A stretch of 63,963 nucleotides of DNA, counting the filler, from Lama guanicoe (lineage: Eukaryota), in assembly GCA_013239625.1 (NCBI GenBank). It is 76 parts of 74 records of this genome, joined end to end, with 100 filler letters (N's around TTAATTAATTAA, not from the genome) between each part and the next. Parts side by side here need not be neighbours in the genome. Positions count along the whole stretch, not along the records: positions 24,734 to 25,213 come from PNXV01005227.1; positions 25,314 to 26,235 come from PNXV01005229.1; positions 26,336 to 27,115 come from MU054059.1; positions 27,216 to 27,886 come from PNXV01005234.1; positions 27,987 to 28,863 come from MU054060.1; positions 28,964 to 29,844 come from PNXV01005239.1; positions 29,945 to 30,692 come from PNXV01005240.1; positions 30,793 to 31,412 come from PNXV01005241.1; 68 more parts are not named here. One strand, 5' to 3'. Position numbers and translations under genes: made by a program. Under the pieces are notes generated by a model that did no database searches, was not told the origin of the DNA, and saw only the letters and a list, made by a program, of their open reading frames with translations. Positions 24,734 through 37,347 of the stretch are shown here, piece by piece (position 1 is the first letter of the stretch; every line of letters begins with the position of its first letter).

Positions 24734-25213
24734 GAGAAATACCTTCCCTGACCTTGGTTATGCAGCCTCTTCCAGTGGGACTTCCTTCAAGGCCCCCTAG
24801 CATTCCCTGGCACAGAGACATTAGGAAAACCCTCAGGGGAGACGAGCTTAGGCATTCCGTTAGAACCCACGCGCTGCCGACCGTTGGTGGAACCTCCCCA
24901 CGCTCAGGATTCCGATGGGGGAGCTCGATAGACAACGCCACGCAGCTCTCTTCAGTCACAGGTGTTCCATGTTCGGGGAAGTCCGAGAAATACCTTCCCT
25001 GACCTTGGGGAGGCAGCCTCTGTCCCTGGGATTTCCTGCAAACACCCCTAGCATTCCCTGGCTCAGAGACATTAGGAAAAACCTCAGGGGAGACGAGCTT
25101 AGGCATTCCGATAGAACCCACGCGCTGCAGACCGTTGGTGGAACCTCCCACGCTCAGGATTCCAGAACCATTTTCAGTGCGTTGGGGAGCTCGAGAGACA
25201 ACTCCACGCAGCT
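24734..25213 (-). repeat. 267-bp GC-rich satellite, ~1.9 monomers, opposite orientation
   Basis: Reverse complement of the monomer seen at 10701-11544 and 28964-29844. Confidence 0.95.
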
Positions 25214-25313
25214 NNNNNNNNNNNNNNNNNNNNNNNNNNNNNNNNNNNNNNNNNNNNTTAATTAATTAANNNNNNNNNNNNNNNNNNNNNNNNNNNNNNN
25301 NNNNNNNNNNNNN

Positions 25314-26235
25314 TGGAAAATGGTATTCCATACAATAGGAAAAGCCAAAAAACAGGTGTTGCTTTAGTGATTTCAGACAGAATATTCTTTAAAATAAAGG
25401 CCATAAAGAAAGATAAAGGACATTTTATAATGATTGAAAGAGTGATAAAATATGAGGATAGCACACTCGTTAATACATATGCACCAAATAGAGGAGCACC
25501 TAAGCACATAAAATAATTACTAACACATATAATAAGGGAGTCACATTTGTAGATATCAACACTGCATTAACATCACTGGACAGATCATTAAGACAGAAAA
25601 AAATTAGGCAACAGAAAAATCAAATAATACAATAGAAATATTACACTTGGTGGATTTTTCAGAGCATTGCAACCCCCCAAAACAGGATACACATTCCTTT
25701 CGAGTGCACGTGGAACATTTACCAGGATTCATGATGTACTTGGGCAAAATAGAAACCTCAGCAATTTTAAGAAGGTAGAAATTACCTCAAGCAAAGCGTG
25801 TTTAATGACCACAATGACATGAAGATAGAAATCAAAAACAGAGAAACAAAGGAGAACAAAGGAAAACATGGGGATTAAACAATATGTTATTAAAAAACCA
25901 ATGGGTCAAATAAGAAATCAAAGCTGAAATGAAAAAGTACCTTGAGACAAAAAATAATGATAGCAAAATCCCACAAAATTTATGGGACACAGCAAAAGCA
26001 GTGCTGAGAGGGGAGTTTATAGCGATACAGGCTTTCCTCAAAAAAGAAGAACAAACACAAATGCACAATTTAACCCACCACCAGAATGAATTAGTAAAAC
26101 AAGACAAAAAAAAAACCCCAAAAAGGCAGCAGAAGGAAGGAAATCATCAATATTAGGGAGGAAATAAATAAACTAAGGGTTAAAAGGACCATAGGAAAAA
26201 AGTCAACCAATCCAAAAGCTGGTATTTCCAAAAAG
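25314..26235 (+). mobile_element. LINE-1 ORF2 endonuclease region (decayed)
   Basis: DKGHFIM, NTYAPN, YTFLSSARGTFTRI and QNLWDTAKAVLRGEFIAIQAFLKK motifs. Confidence 0.95.
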
Positions 26236-26335
26236 NNNNNNNNNNNNNNNNNNNNNNNNNNNNNNNNNNNNNNNNNNNNTTAATTAATTAANNNNNNNNN
26301 NNNNNNNNNNNNNNNNNNNNNNNNNNNNNNNNNNN

Positions 26336-27015
26336 CCTACAGAACGGGAGAACGTTTTTGCAAATGAAACTGACAAAGGCTTGAGCTCAATAATATATAA
26401 GCAGCTCATATGACTTAATAAGAAACAACCAAATAACCCAATCCAAAAATGAGCAGAAGACCTAAACAAGCAATTCTCCAAGGAAGACATACAAATGATC
26501 AATGGGCACAGAAAAAAAGGCTCAGTATCNNNNNNNNNNNNNNNNNNNNNNNNNNNNNNNNNNNNNNNNNNNNNNNNNNNNNNNNNNNNNNNNNNNNNNN
26601 NNNNNNNNNNNNNNNNNNNNNNNNNNNNNNNNNNNNNNNNNNNNNNNNNNNNNNNNNNNNNNNNNNNNNNNNNNNNNNNNNNNNNNNNNNNNNNNNNNNN
26701 NNNNNNNNNNNNNNNNNNNNNNNNNNNNNNNNNNNNNNNNNNNNNNNNNNNNNNNNNNNNNNNNNNNNNNNNNNNNNNNNNNNNNNNNNNNNNNNNNNNN
26801 NNNNNNNNNNNNNNNNNNNNNNNNNNNNNNNNNNNNNNNNNNNNNNNNNNNNNNNNNNNNNNNNNNNNNNNAGCCTAAATGTCCATCAACGGATGACTGG
26901 CTAAAGAAGTGATATATTTATACAATGGAATACTACTCGGCCATAAATACTGAAAATATAGGGCCACTTGCAGCAACATGGATGCTCCTGGAGAATGTTA
27001 TTCTAAGTTAAGCAA
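26336..27015 (+). mobile_element. LINE-1 ORF2 C-terminal region and 3' UTR start, gapped
   Basis: cctaaacaagcaattctccaaggaagacatacaaatg, PKCPSTDDW-like sequence and atggaatactactcggccata. Confidence 0.92.
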
Positions 27016-28963
27016 GCACGGTAACAAGGAATAAAGAGAAGTTACTTCCAGGTGCAGTTATTTTGATAAAATATCCATACAGAAAGCAAGTCACCCCCAC
27101 GACTGCTGCCAGGAGNNNNNNNNNNNNNNNNNNNNNNNNNNNNNNNNNNNNNNNNNNNNTTAATTAATTAANNNNNNNNNNNNNNNNNNNNNNNNNNNNN
27201 NNNNNNNNNNNNNNNCATGTTTTGCCTGAGGTTACGTCGCAGGTTAAAACTGTTTGCTGCTTCCAGTGTGGAATCTTTGGAAGTTTCTGTCTCTTCTTAG
27301 CCAGTGATTCCTGAGGATTACCTGTCAGGATCTGCCTTAAAGTTTATCTCGTGTCCTGATTTATTTGGCTATATAGCCAAGCAAAATATCTGAAATGTAT
27401 ATATAACATTGTAGAGCAATTTAAAATGTTTTATTTTTCTAAAGCAAAAACCATTTTTCCTACTTTCTCAACACGCGTGCATGTTTGTTATATTATATAA
27501 ATATTAATAGATATTTAAGAACTAATGTTTTGTTGTTTTGTTTTGGGGGGGCTTATTTGTTTGTTTAAGCATCATCTGTTTTCTTTGAGTTTCTTCATCT
27601 GGGCTTTTGCCCCAAAATGGCTTCCACTTTGATTTTCACATCAGATTGGTAGATGCCAGGAATTAGCTCCTAGAGAACTGTGGACTAAATGCAGTCAGCT
27701 CTGGTAAGGCAGCACACCAGCACACCAGATCCCAAGCAGCAGATGTTCATTACAAACCAGTGCCAAATATTTAAAAGCCATTTTGAGAAATTTAAGTGCT
27801 GCTTTAATATGCCAAGGAAAATAAGATTAACTTTGTTAAAAAAATTTTTTAGGTTTAAATACAAAAACAGCACAATAGCAGAACATNNNNNNNNNNNNNN
27901 NNNNNNNNNNNNNNNNNNNNNNNNNNNNNNTTAATTAATTAANNNNNNNNNNNNNNNNNNNNNNNNNNNNNNNNNNNNNNNNNNNNTTACTTTGTTAAAA
28001 CTGAGATTTAACAAAATTAAACTCAAATCTTGTGGTTTTTTTTTCTAGTTTTTAGCTACATGTTCATTAATAAATTACATAAACTGTTTTGGATCTCTTT
28101 ATTTTTAAAATATCTATCTCAGTAGGTTGTTATAAATAATTAACTGAGACTGTCCATTTAAAGCATTTCATTCAGCACCAGACACACAGAAAGACATTCA
28201 GTAGATGGTAGCTTTATTTTTACTTTGAAAAGTTTGAAACTAAATAAATGCATAATTTATTAAGGCAATTTTACTAAATGTAACAAAAGCAGCTTAATAT
28301 TTTTTCAAGAAAAAAATACGCTTATTTTAATAGCAGAAATGAAGGACTCAAAAATTCAGTTTAAAATATGTTCATAAATAGATAAACAACAAGTTTATAC
28401 TGTATAACACAGGGAACTACATACAATATCTTGTAGTAANNNNNNNNNNNNNNNNNNNNNNNNNNNNNNNNNNNNNNNNNNNNNNNNNNNNNNNNNNNNN
28501 NNNNNNNNNNNNNNNNNNNNNNNNNNNNNNNNNNNNNNNNNNNNNNNNNNNNNNNNNNNNNNNNNNNNNNNNNNNNNNNNNNNNNNNNNNNNNNNNNNNN
28601 NNNNNNNNNNNNNNNNNNNNNNNNNNNNNNNNNNNNNNNNNNNNNNNNNNNNNNNNNNNNNNNNNNNNNNNNNNNNGTTTCTGAAAAAAAAAAAAAAAGA
28701 CTACTACCTGAAACCAAATAAAAGAGATCATTGTCACAATAGTAATGCTATAAATAATTAACGTTGCTCATTAGGTGTGAGTCAACATATACGAAGTGCT
28801 TGCCCTTTGCTAGGAGCTGTGTGATGCCTTTTCTATTTGTAAGCTTATTGAACCTTCACAATTNNNNNNNNNNNNNNNNNNNNNNNNNNNNNNNNNNNNN
28901 NNNNNNNTTAATTAATTAANNNNNNNNNNNNNNNNNNNNNNNNNNNNNNNNNNNNNNNNNNNN

Positions 28964-29844
28964 CTGACAATGGTTCCGGTATCCTGAGGGTGGGGAGGTT
29001 CCACCAACGGTCTGCAGCGGGTAGGTTCTAACGGAATGCCTAAGCTCGTCTCCCCTGAGTGTTTTCCTAATGTCTCTGTGCCAGGGAATGCTAGGGGGGT
29101 TTGCAGGAAGTCCCAGGGACAGAACAGGGAACACCTGTGACTGAAGAGAGCCGCGTGTAGTTTTCTCTCGAGCTCCCTCAAGCACTGACAATGGTTCCGG
29201 AATCCTGAGCGTGGGGAGGTTCCACCAACGGTCAGCAGCCCGTGGGTTCTAATGGAATGCCTAAGCTCGTCTCCCCTGAGGATTTTCCTAATGTCTCTGT
29301 GCCAGGGAATGCTAGGGGTTTTGCAGGATATGCCAGGGACAGAGGCTGCCTCCCCAAGGTCAGGGAACTTATTTCTCGGACTTCCCCAAACATGGAACAC
29401 CTGTGACTGAAGAGAGCTGCGTGGAGTTGTCTCTCGAGCTCCCCCACGCACTAACAATGGTCCGGAATCCTGAGCGTGGGGAGGTTCCACCAACAGTCGG
29501 CAGCGCGTGGGTTCTAACAGAGTGCCTAACCTTGTCTCCCCTGAGGATTTTCCTAATGTCTCTGTGCCAGGGAATGAGAGGGGTGTTTGCAGGAAGTCCC
29601 AGGGACAGAGGCTGCCTCCCCAATATCAGGGAAGGTATTTCTCGGACTTCCCCGAACAGGGAACACCTGTGACTAAAGAGAGCAGCATGTAGTTTTCTCT
29701 CGAGCTCCCTCCAGCACTGACAATGGTTCCGGAATCCTGAGCGTGGGGAGGTTCCACCAACGATCGGCAGCGCGTAGGTTCTTACGGAATGCCTCAGCTT
29801 GTCTCCTCTGAGTGTTTTCCTAATGTCTCTGTGCCAGGGAATGC
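28964..29844 (+). repeat. 267-bp GC-rich satellite, ~3.5 monomers, one with a ~45-bp deletion
   Basis: ctgacaatgg marker (ctaacaatgg at 29451) at 28964, 29185, 29451 and 29717, giving periods 221, 266 and 266. Confidence 0.95.
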
Positions 29845-29944
29845 NNNNNNNNNNNNNNNNNNNNNNNNNNNNNNNNNNNNNNNNNNNNTTAATTAATTAA
29901 NNNNNNNNNNNNNNNNNNNNNNNNNNNNNNNNNNNNNNNNNNNN

Positions 29945-30692
29945 AATATACTGAAATTAGAATTTATAACATGGAATGCAGAACACAGAACATGGAATAT
30001 AGAATACAGAACACTGAATATAGAAGTAAGATTATAGAATGTAGAACACTGAATATATAATATAGAATAGAGAATATAGAACCCAGAATTTAGAACATGA
30101 AATGCTGAACACAGAATTTAGAATATAGAATACAGAATACTGAATATAGAATTTAGAATATAGAATGCGGAACACAGAATTTTGAATATTGAATACAAAA
30201 TGCTGAATATAGGATTTAGAATATGTAATGTAGAACACAGAATCTAAAATACAGACCACAGAATACTGAATATAGGATTTAGAAAATTGAAAGAAGAAAA
30301 CAGAGTATAGAATATAGAATAGAGAATATAGAATCAAAAATAACATGGAATACAGCACACAGAATTTAAAATATAGAACACAGAATACTGAATATAGAAT
30401 TTAGAATATAGAACACAGAATATAAAATATAGGGTACGGAATGCAGAATTTAGAATACAGAATATAGAATTTAGAATACAGAATATATAATATGGAAATC
30501 AGAATACAGAACCAAGAATTTAGAACATAAAATGCAGAATACAGAATTTAGATTATACAATAAAGTATACTGAATATAGAATTTAGAATATAGAATCAGA
30601 ACACAGAATTTACAGTAGAGAATATAGAATTCTAGGTATAGAATTTAGAACATGGAATGCCGAACCCAGAATTTAGAATATAGACAACAGAA
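29945..30692 (-). repeat. AT-rich heptamer satellite
   Basis: Tandem agaatat-type 7-mers. Confidence 0.95.
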
Positions 30693-31512
30693 NNNNNNNN
30701 NNNNNNNNNNNNNNNNNNNNNNNNNNNNNNNNNNNNTTAATTAATTAANNNNNNNNNNNNNNNNNNNNNNNNNNNNNNNNNNNNNNNNNNNNAGGAAAGC
30801 CCAGACCATGCAGCTTTGGTGTGTCAGTCAGCAGCGTTTGCGATTTTTCGACTAATGCCGTTTATCCTTAAGGGGCCGGGTGGTGGGCAGGGCCAGCCAG
30901 GAAGAAATCTGAAGGGAGGGTCGTAGCCATGTGTGAGTCTTGGGAAGATGCAGAGTCTGCAGGGTGCCAGAGGGTAGAATTCTTTGAAGCTGGAGTTGGA
31001 GTGGGGAGTGGGGAGAAGGTAGTCACACTCACCTGTGAGGGAGGGAGGGAGGCCTGGGGAGTCCCCAACCTACCGGACTCACTTTACACTTTCCCATGAA
31101 CAGAAGGCAATCATACAGAGTATCTGTGGTGAGAAAGGATGGGCACTGGGAGGGGAGCCAACCTGGAGAATGGTTTTTGGACAGTTCTGGAATAGTCTCC
31201 CTGCAAAATAGAGTTAAAAATGCCCAGACTCTTAACATTGATAGTGACTTGGGAGGATGCAGTTGTTTTTCTGGCCTCCTAAGGGTAAGGCATGTATCCG
31301 GGGATACACAGATGATAAGGGCAGTCTGTTCCGGGGGCTTGATCCTTACTGGGGGAACAGTGTAAGTTTAAAGGGGGAGAAGGACAGCGGAGGGAAACTA
31401 GCCAGGCCCCGTNNNNNNNNNNNNNNNNNNNNNNNNNNNNNNNNNNNNNNNNNNNNTTAATTAATTAANNNNNNNNNNNNNNNNNNNNNNNNNNNNNNNN
31501 NNNNNNNNNNNN

Positions 31513-31988
31513 CGTCTTGTTTTTAATACAATCCTTTTGCTTGTCTTCCCTGATGGTTTGCTAGCTCAGTGTGTGGCTGAAAGTGGGATTTGGGATCTCA
31601 AACTAAGTATTAGCGTGTGCCTCTCCATGGGTAGTGGAGATGTTTAAACTACATCCCACAACTTGGGAATTACTGTGACCCCTGAAAAATGCGTGTGCTA
31701 TGTTTCCCCANNNNNNNNNNNNNNNNNNNNNNNNNNNNNNNNNNNNNNNNNNNNNNNNNNNNNNNNNNNNNNNNNNNNNNNNNNNNNNNNNNNNNNNNNN
31801 NNNNNNNNNNNNNNNNNNNNNNNNNNNNNNNNNNNNNNNNNNNNNNNNNNNNNNNNNNNNNNNNNNNNNNNNNNNNNNNNNNNNNNNNNNNNNNNNNNNN
31901 NNNNNNNNNNNNNNNNNNNNNNNNNNNNNNNACTTCCCTAACCTTGGAACACCTGTGCCCCATAAAGATGCATGGAATCTGTTTCCCC
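31513..31988 (+). repeat. Diverged relative of the 267-bp satellite
   Basis: 31513-31710 is a close reverse-complement match to ~51286-51485. Confidence 0.75.
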
Positions 31989-32304
31989 NNNNNNNNNNNN
32001 NNNNNNNNNNNNNNNNNNNNNNNNNNNNNNNNTTAATTAATTAANNNNNNNNNNNNNNNNNNNNNNNNNNNNNNNNNNNNNNNNNNNNAAATTAGCTTTT
32101 CCATCACCTGATGGCACAATTCAAGTTTTTCTCTTCTATTTGAAAAGTGTGATGTCTGCTGAGTTTTCATGCATGAGACAGAGGCATATAAAGCTTTTCT
32201 CCAAAAGAGAGAAAATGGATAATCTCATCAGTAAACAAAACAAATTTCAATTTTTAAATAAATAGTTGGTATATGTGGCATAGATCTGAATTTCTCATCT
32301 ATAA

Positions 32305-32610
32305 TGACTGGATAAAGAAGCTGTGGTATATATATACAATGGAATACTACTCAGCCATAAAAAAGAATGAAATAATGCCATTTGCAGCAACATGGATGGA
32401 CCTGGAGAATGTCATTTTAAGTCAGTCAGAAAGATAAAGAAAAATGCCATATGATATCACTTATATGTGGAATGTAAAAAAAGACAAATGAACTTATGTA
32501 TGAAATGGAAACAGACTCACAGACATAGAAAACAAACCAATGGTCACCGGGGGGAGGGAGTGGGAAGGAATAAACTGGGAGTTCGACAGTTGCAGATACT
32601 AACTACTATA
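32305..32610 (+). mobile_element. LINE-1 3' UTR fragment
   Basis: atggaatactactcagccataaaaaagaatgaaataatgccatttgcagcaacatggatggacctggag. Confidence 0.95.
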
Positions 32611-33601
32611 NNNNNNNNNNNNNNNNNNNNNNNNNNNNNNNNNNNNNNNNNNNNTTAATTAATTAANNNNNNNNNNNNNNNNNNNNNNNNNNNNNNNNNN
32701 NNNNNNNNNNTTTGGTGAAACAGATCTGTCCTTTATGTATAAGTTCCTTAACAGTGAAACCCTACATATTCTTTTGAACTTAACCTCAAGAGACATACAT
32801 ACCCTACAAAAAGCTTGCCAGGAGTTTCAAAAAAATCATGTGTCCTGAGACTGGCTGTTCCCCCTTTTCCACTTCAAGTTTTACTCACTTTAGAAATATC
32901 TATTTTAGGGAGAGGCTCATCCATCTCTGTTCTTACTGTACCTTTGCTAACTTTAACAGATTCTCCTCTCCCAAGTAAAAATACCCATTTGTCAGCTCTT
33001 TGCTCTCCATCAGCACTCTTGAGAAACTTTAATACTTTGATAATGACTTCCAATTCTACATTTTCAGCATATTGCTCATTATTTTACTGTCTTGAGATTT
33101 CATCAGTATCCAACTTCAACTCAAAAATTTATTGTCCAAAACAAAGTCCACTGCCCCATTTCTGAATTACTTTGTATCAGAAACCACTAGCACCATGCTA
33201 ATATATTGGAAACACCACTCCTCCATCTGTATTGCTCTTCAGTGACCATGGTATAAAAATGTTGGCTCCCTAGAAAAACAAAATCCTAATCCAAGTATAA
33301 TGCCTTGGTTTAAAATACAATTTCTCTATGGTTTAAAGCTACCCTTTCAGGAACATTGTTCTCAACTGATTCTTTGAGCTGTAAAAACATATCCACACAA
33401 GCACAAACTGACCCTAAGCTACTCAACAACTTCCCTATGATTTCCCATCAATCATCTTCCTAATTACCTCTGCTCCCCACATCCTCCAGTTCCAAAAGTC
33501 TNNNNNNNNNNNNNNNNNNNNNNNNNNNNNNNNNNNNNNNNNNNNTTAATTAATTAANNNNNNNNNNNNNNNNNNNNNNNNNNNNNNNNNNNNNNNNNNN
33601 N

Positions 33602-33988
33602 TTTTCCGGAAACCTGAGCGTCGGGAGGTTCCTCCAAAGGTCGGCAGTGCTTTGGTTCTAACGGAATTCCTTAGCTCGTCACCCCTGGGGTTTTCCTAAA
33701 GTCTCTGTGCCAGGGAACGCTAGGGGGGTTTACAGGAAATCCCAGAGACAGAGGCTGCCTCCCTACGTTCAGGGAAGTTATTTCTCGGACTTCCCACAAA
33801 CCGGGAACACCTGTGACAGAAGAGAGCTCCATAGGAGTTGTCTTTCGAGCTCCCCCACGCAAGGTTTTCCTATGGCTGCCAAGGAATGCTATGATTCTGC
33901 GCTGGAATGCCCAGGGTCAGCAGCAGCCATCCCAAGGTTTGAGAAGGTATTTCTCGGACTTCCCCCGAACAGGGAACACCTGACCTGT
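33602..33988 (+). repeat. 267-bp satellite, diverged and internally deleted monomers
   Basis: Contains the monomer motifs. After gagctcccccacgca (~33860) the sequence jumps to ggttttcct, skipping about 100 bp. Confidence 0.88.
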
Positions 33989-34088
33989 NNNNNNNNNNNN
34001 NNNNNNNNNNNNNNNNNNNNNNNNNNNNNNNNTTAATTAATTAANNNNNNNNNNNNNNNNNNNNNNNNNNNNNNNNNNNNNNNNNNNN

Positions 34089-35062
34089 GGGAGGTACTAG
34101 TTCAAACTCAGATTTATAGAGAAAATTGCAGGAACTTGAAACTGGCACTAGGAAACAGACTGAGAAACCAGAGTAAATGTTTCTCCTACTACCCCTTCCC
34201 TTGGTGCTGGATGAACGATCGTTTCTCAACATGGTCAGTTCTGAGAGATAAGTGTGTGGGAAAGTCGTCCTTTACCTAGCTTCATGGGAACACAAAGTTT
34301 CTTTTTAGTTGCAAACTCCACTACATACATATATACGTGGAGGTACAAGCTCCAGGACGATTTTACAGTGAAAACTGCAGGAACTTCAAACCGGCACTAG
34401 GAAACAGACTGAGAAACCAGAGTAAGTGTTTCTCCTGCTACCCGTTCCCTTGGTGCTGGATGAACGATCGTTTCTCCACATGCTCAGTTCTGAGAGATAA
34501 GTGTGTGTGAAAGCCCTCCTCCACCTAGCTTGAAGGGAACAGTAAGTTTCTTTTCAGTTGCGAACTCCACTACATACATATATATGGGGAGGTACAAGCT
34601 CCAACTCGGTTTTACAGTGAAAACTGCAGGAAATTTTAACTGGCAAAAGGAAACAGACTGAGAATCCAGAGTAAGTCTCTCTCCTGCCACCCGTTCCCTT
34701 TGTGCTGATGGAAAGAACTTCTCTAACATGCTCAGTTCAAAGAGAAAATTGTATGTGAAAGCCGTCCTTCACATATCTTGAAGGGAACAGAAAGTTTCTT
34801 TTGAGTTGTAAACTCCACTACATTCTTATATATGGGGAAGGACAAGGTCCAAATCGTTTTTACAGTGAAAACTGCAGGAACTTCAAACCGGCACTAGGAA
34901 ACAGACTGAGAAACCAGAGTAAGTGCATTTCCTGCAAACAGTTCCCCTTGTGCTGGATGGATGAACGTCTCTAAACATGCTATTTTCTGAGAGATATGTG
35001 TGTGTGAATTCCCTCGTTCACCTAGCTTGAAGGGAACACAAAGTTTCTTTTCATTTGCAAAC
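34089..35062 (+). repeat. ~249-bp tandem satellite, ~3.9 monomers
   Basis: GGAAACAGACTGAGA at 34151, 34400, 34649 and 34897. Most monomers carry a CTGCAG (PstI) site. Confidence 0.95.
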
Positions 35063-35162
35063 NNNNNNNNNNNNNNNNNNNNNNNNNNNNNNNNNNNNNN
35101 NNNNNNTTAATTAATTAANNNNNNNNNNNNNNNNNNNNNNNNNNNNNNNNNNNNNNNNNNNN

Positions 35163-35968
35163 TTCTCATTCTATTAGTGTGGCATGTCACCTTTATTGAT
35201 TTGAAAAATTTGTAGTATCCTTAAACCCAGGGATAAATCCTTCTACTCAAGTATGTGTATGATACACTAAATATTTTGTTGAATTTGTGTTTCTTGTGTT
35301 TTGTTGAGAATTATGGCACATATGTTCATCAGGGTTTATATTCTATATTTTGCATATAATTTCCTTTCTAACATTGTAATGCAAATATAGCTGGCATCAT
35401 AAAAGTAGTTTGGATACTTTCACCCACTTCAAAATCTTGGAAGATTTGGGGAAGAATTGGTGAGCAATTGTCTTCAAATGTATGACAGAATTCACCAGTA
35501 AAGTATTCTTGTAAATTTTTTCTGGTTTGGGAGGTTTGGAATACTGATTTACTCATACACACTTTTGCTCAATTTAATTTTGTAATTTCTTCTTGATTCA
35601 GTATTGGAAGACATATGATTCTGGGAATATGCCTTTTGTTCTAGGTCATTCAAATTGTTGGCTAGTGGAAATTACTTCTGATGCTATGCACCTCTACACA
35701 TCTACAGTATCTTCTCTTATATTTCTAATTTTATTCGAGTCTTTATTTTCTTAGCCAACCTAAATGTTTGTCCACTTTATGTTTAAAAGAAACAGACTTA
35801 GGTATTTTTTTATCTTTTCAATTGTTTTTCTTGTTATTTCCCTTACTCTCATTCATTCAATTTCCTTTATTCTTTCTGTTTTATCCTAGTTCTTGATGTG
35901 TAAAGTTATGTAGTGTGATTTTTGTATTTCTTTTATTATTAAATATGATTTATTTATTTATTTATTTA
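35163..35968 (-). mobile_element. Decayed LINE-1 ORF2 fragment
   Basis: Antisense L1 motifs such as agaattcaccagtaaag and tctaggtcattcaaattgttggc. The first ~210 bp nearly duplicate 8171-8380. Confidence 0.85.
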
Positions 35969-36544
35969 NNNNNNNNNNNNNNNNNNNNNNNNNNNNNNNN
36001 NNNNNNNNNNNNTTAATTAATTAANNNNNNNNNNNNNNNNNNNNNNNNNNNNNNNNNNNNNNNNNNNNTTTTTGTGCTGTTCTGAAAGCATTCCAACTGG
36101 TGCTTTCATTTCCTGCCCTTAAGATTCTTCACTATATTTTCTAGTCAATAATTAATGTTGCTTTAATGTACCATCCAAAGTCAAGCTTACGTCCTCAGGT
36201 TGGCATTAATGCCTTTAAAACTCTAAGCCTACAAACTCAACTTAGATTTTTCATTTCTTTATAAATCTGGCATCTGACTACCATGGCATATCTTTATGTT
36301 TCAGTGTATCTGGATAAATATCCAGGCAAATGCTTGTCAGCTATCTTAGCTCTAAACTCACCACTTTATCTCCAGCTCATCNNNNNNNNNNNNNNNNNNN
36401 NNNNNNNNNNNNNNNNNNNNNNNNNTTAATTAATTAANNNNNNNNNNNNNNNNNNNNNNNNNNNNNNNNNNNNNNNNNNNNACAAAAGTTAGCAATTTGC
36501 ATTTACTATGGAAGGTACTGGCCAGAGGTGTTTTTTCTCTTAAC

Positions 36545-36855
36545 AGTTTTAATACAATTCACCCATTAAAATGTACAGCGGTTTTTACTCTATGCCCAGA
36601 ATTGTGTATCGCAGTCAATCTTAGAACATTTTCATCCCCCCAACAGGATGCCCCGTATGCATAAGCAGTCATTCCCATCTTCCCATCCTCCCCAGCCCCA
36701 AGGAGCCACTCTTCTCTCTCTGCGGGTTTGCCTGTGCTGGACATTTCATGTAAACCCAGTCACTTCTTGTAAGTGGAGCTGTCTATTGTGACTGACTTCT
36801 TTCACTCTGAGTAGCGTTTTCAATGTTTGTCCAGGTTGTGGCCTGGGTCAGTGCT
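36545..36855 (-). mobile_element. Ancient L1M-type 3' end fragment
   Basis: caattcacccattaaaatgtaca, agaacattttcatcccc and tttgcctgtgctggacatttcatgtaaa. Confidence 0.75.
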
Positions 36856-36955
36856 NNNNNNNNNNNNNNNNNNNNNNNNNNNNNNNNNNNNNNNNNNNNT
36901 TAATTAATTAANNNNNNNNNNNNNNNNNNNNNNNNNNNNNNNNNNNNNNNNNNNN

Positions 36956-37347
36956 TCAGAAATGCATGTTTGAGGAATCGGTATTGCATGAAACATGTTC
37001 GGAAAATCTAGTGCTATGGTTATGTAAACAATGTAAATTACATGTGTATTGGTGAGAATTCGCTCAAAGAGGCCTTTTCTAGTGCCTAATGTCCGATTTT
37101 AGTACCTGGTGACAGAAAAATTCCTATGAAGTCAGAGTAAATATTTCTAAGTGTATATATGCCTTGTTTGGTGGATGAAAGGTCAGTAATCCACATGCTG
37201 AGATCTCAGAAACACATGTTTGCCGAATCCGTCATGCATGTAGCATGTACGGAACCCGGAATGCCATGTAGATGGAATTCATGTAAATACGAAATCGCTC
37301 CAGAAGTATTTTTCTGAAAAAACTGCACGAGTTCGAAACTGGTGTTA
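36956..37347 (+). repeat. Highly diverged ~250-bp tandem repeat related to the 249-bp satellite
   Basis: tcagaaa-x-catgtttg recurs at 36956 and 37206. aaaactgcacgagttcgaaactggtgttaggaaaagattgtgaaa aligns with aaaactgcaggaacttcaaaccggcactaggaaacagactgagaaa. Confidence 0.75.
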
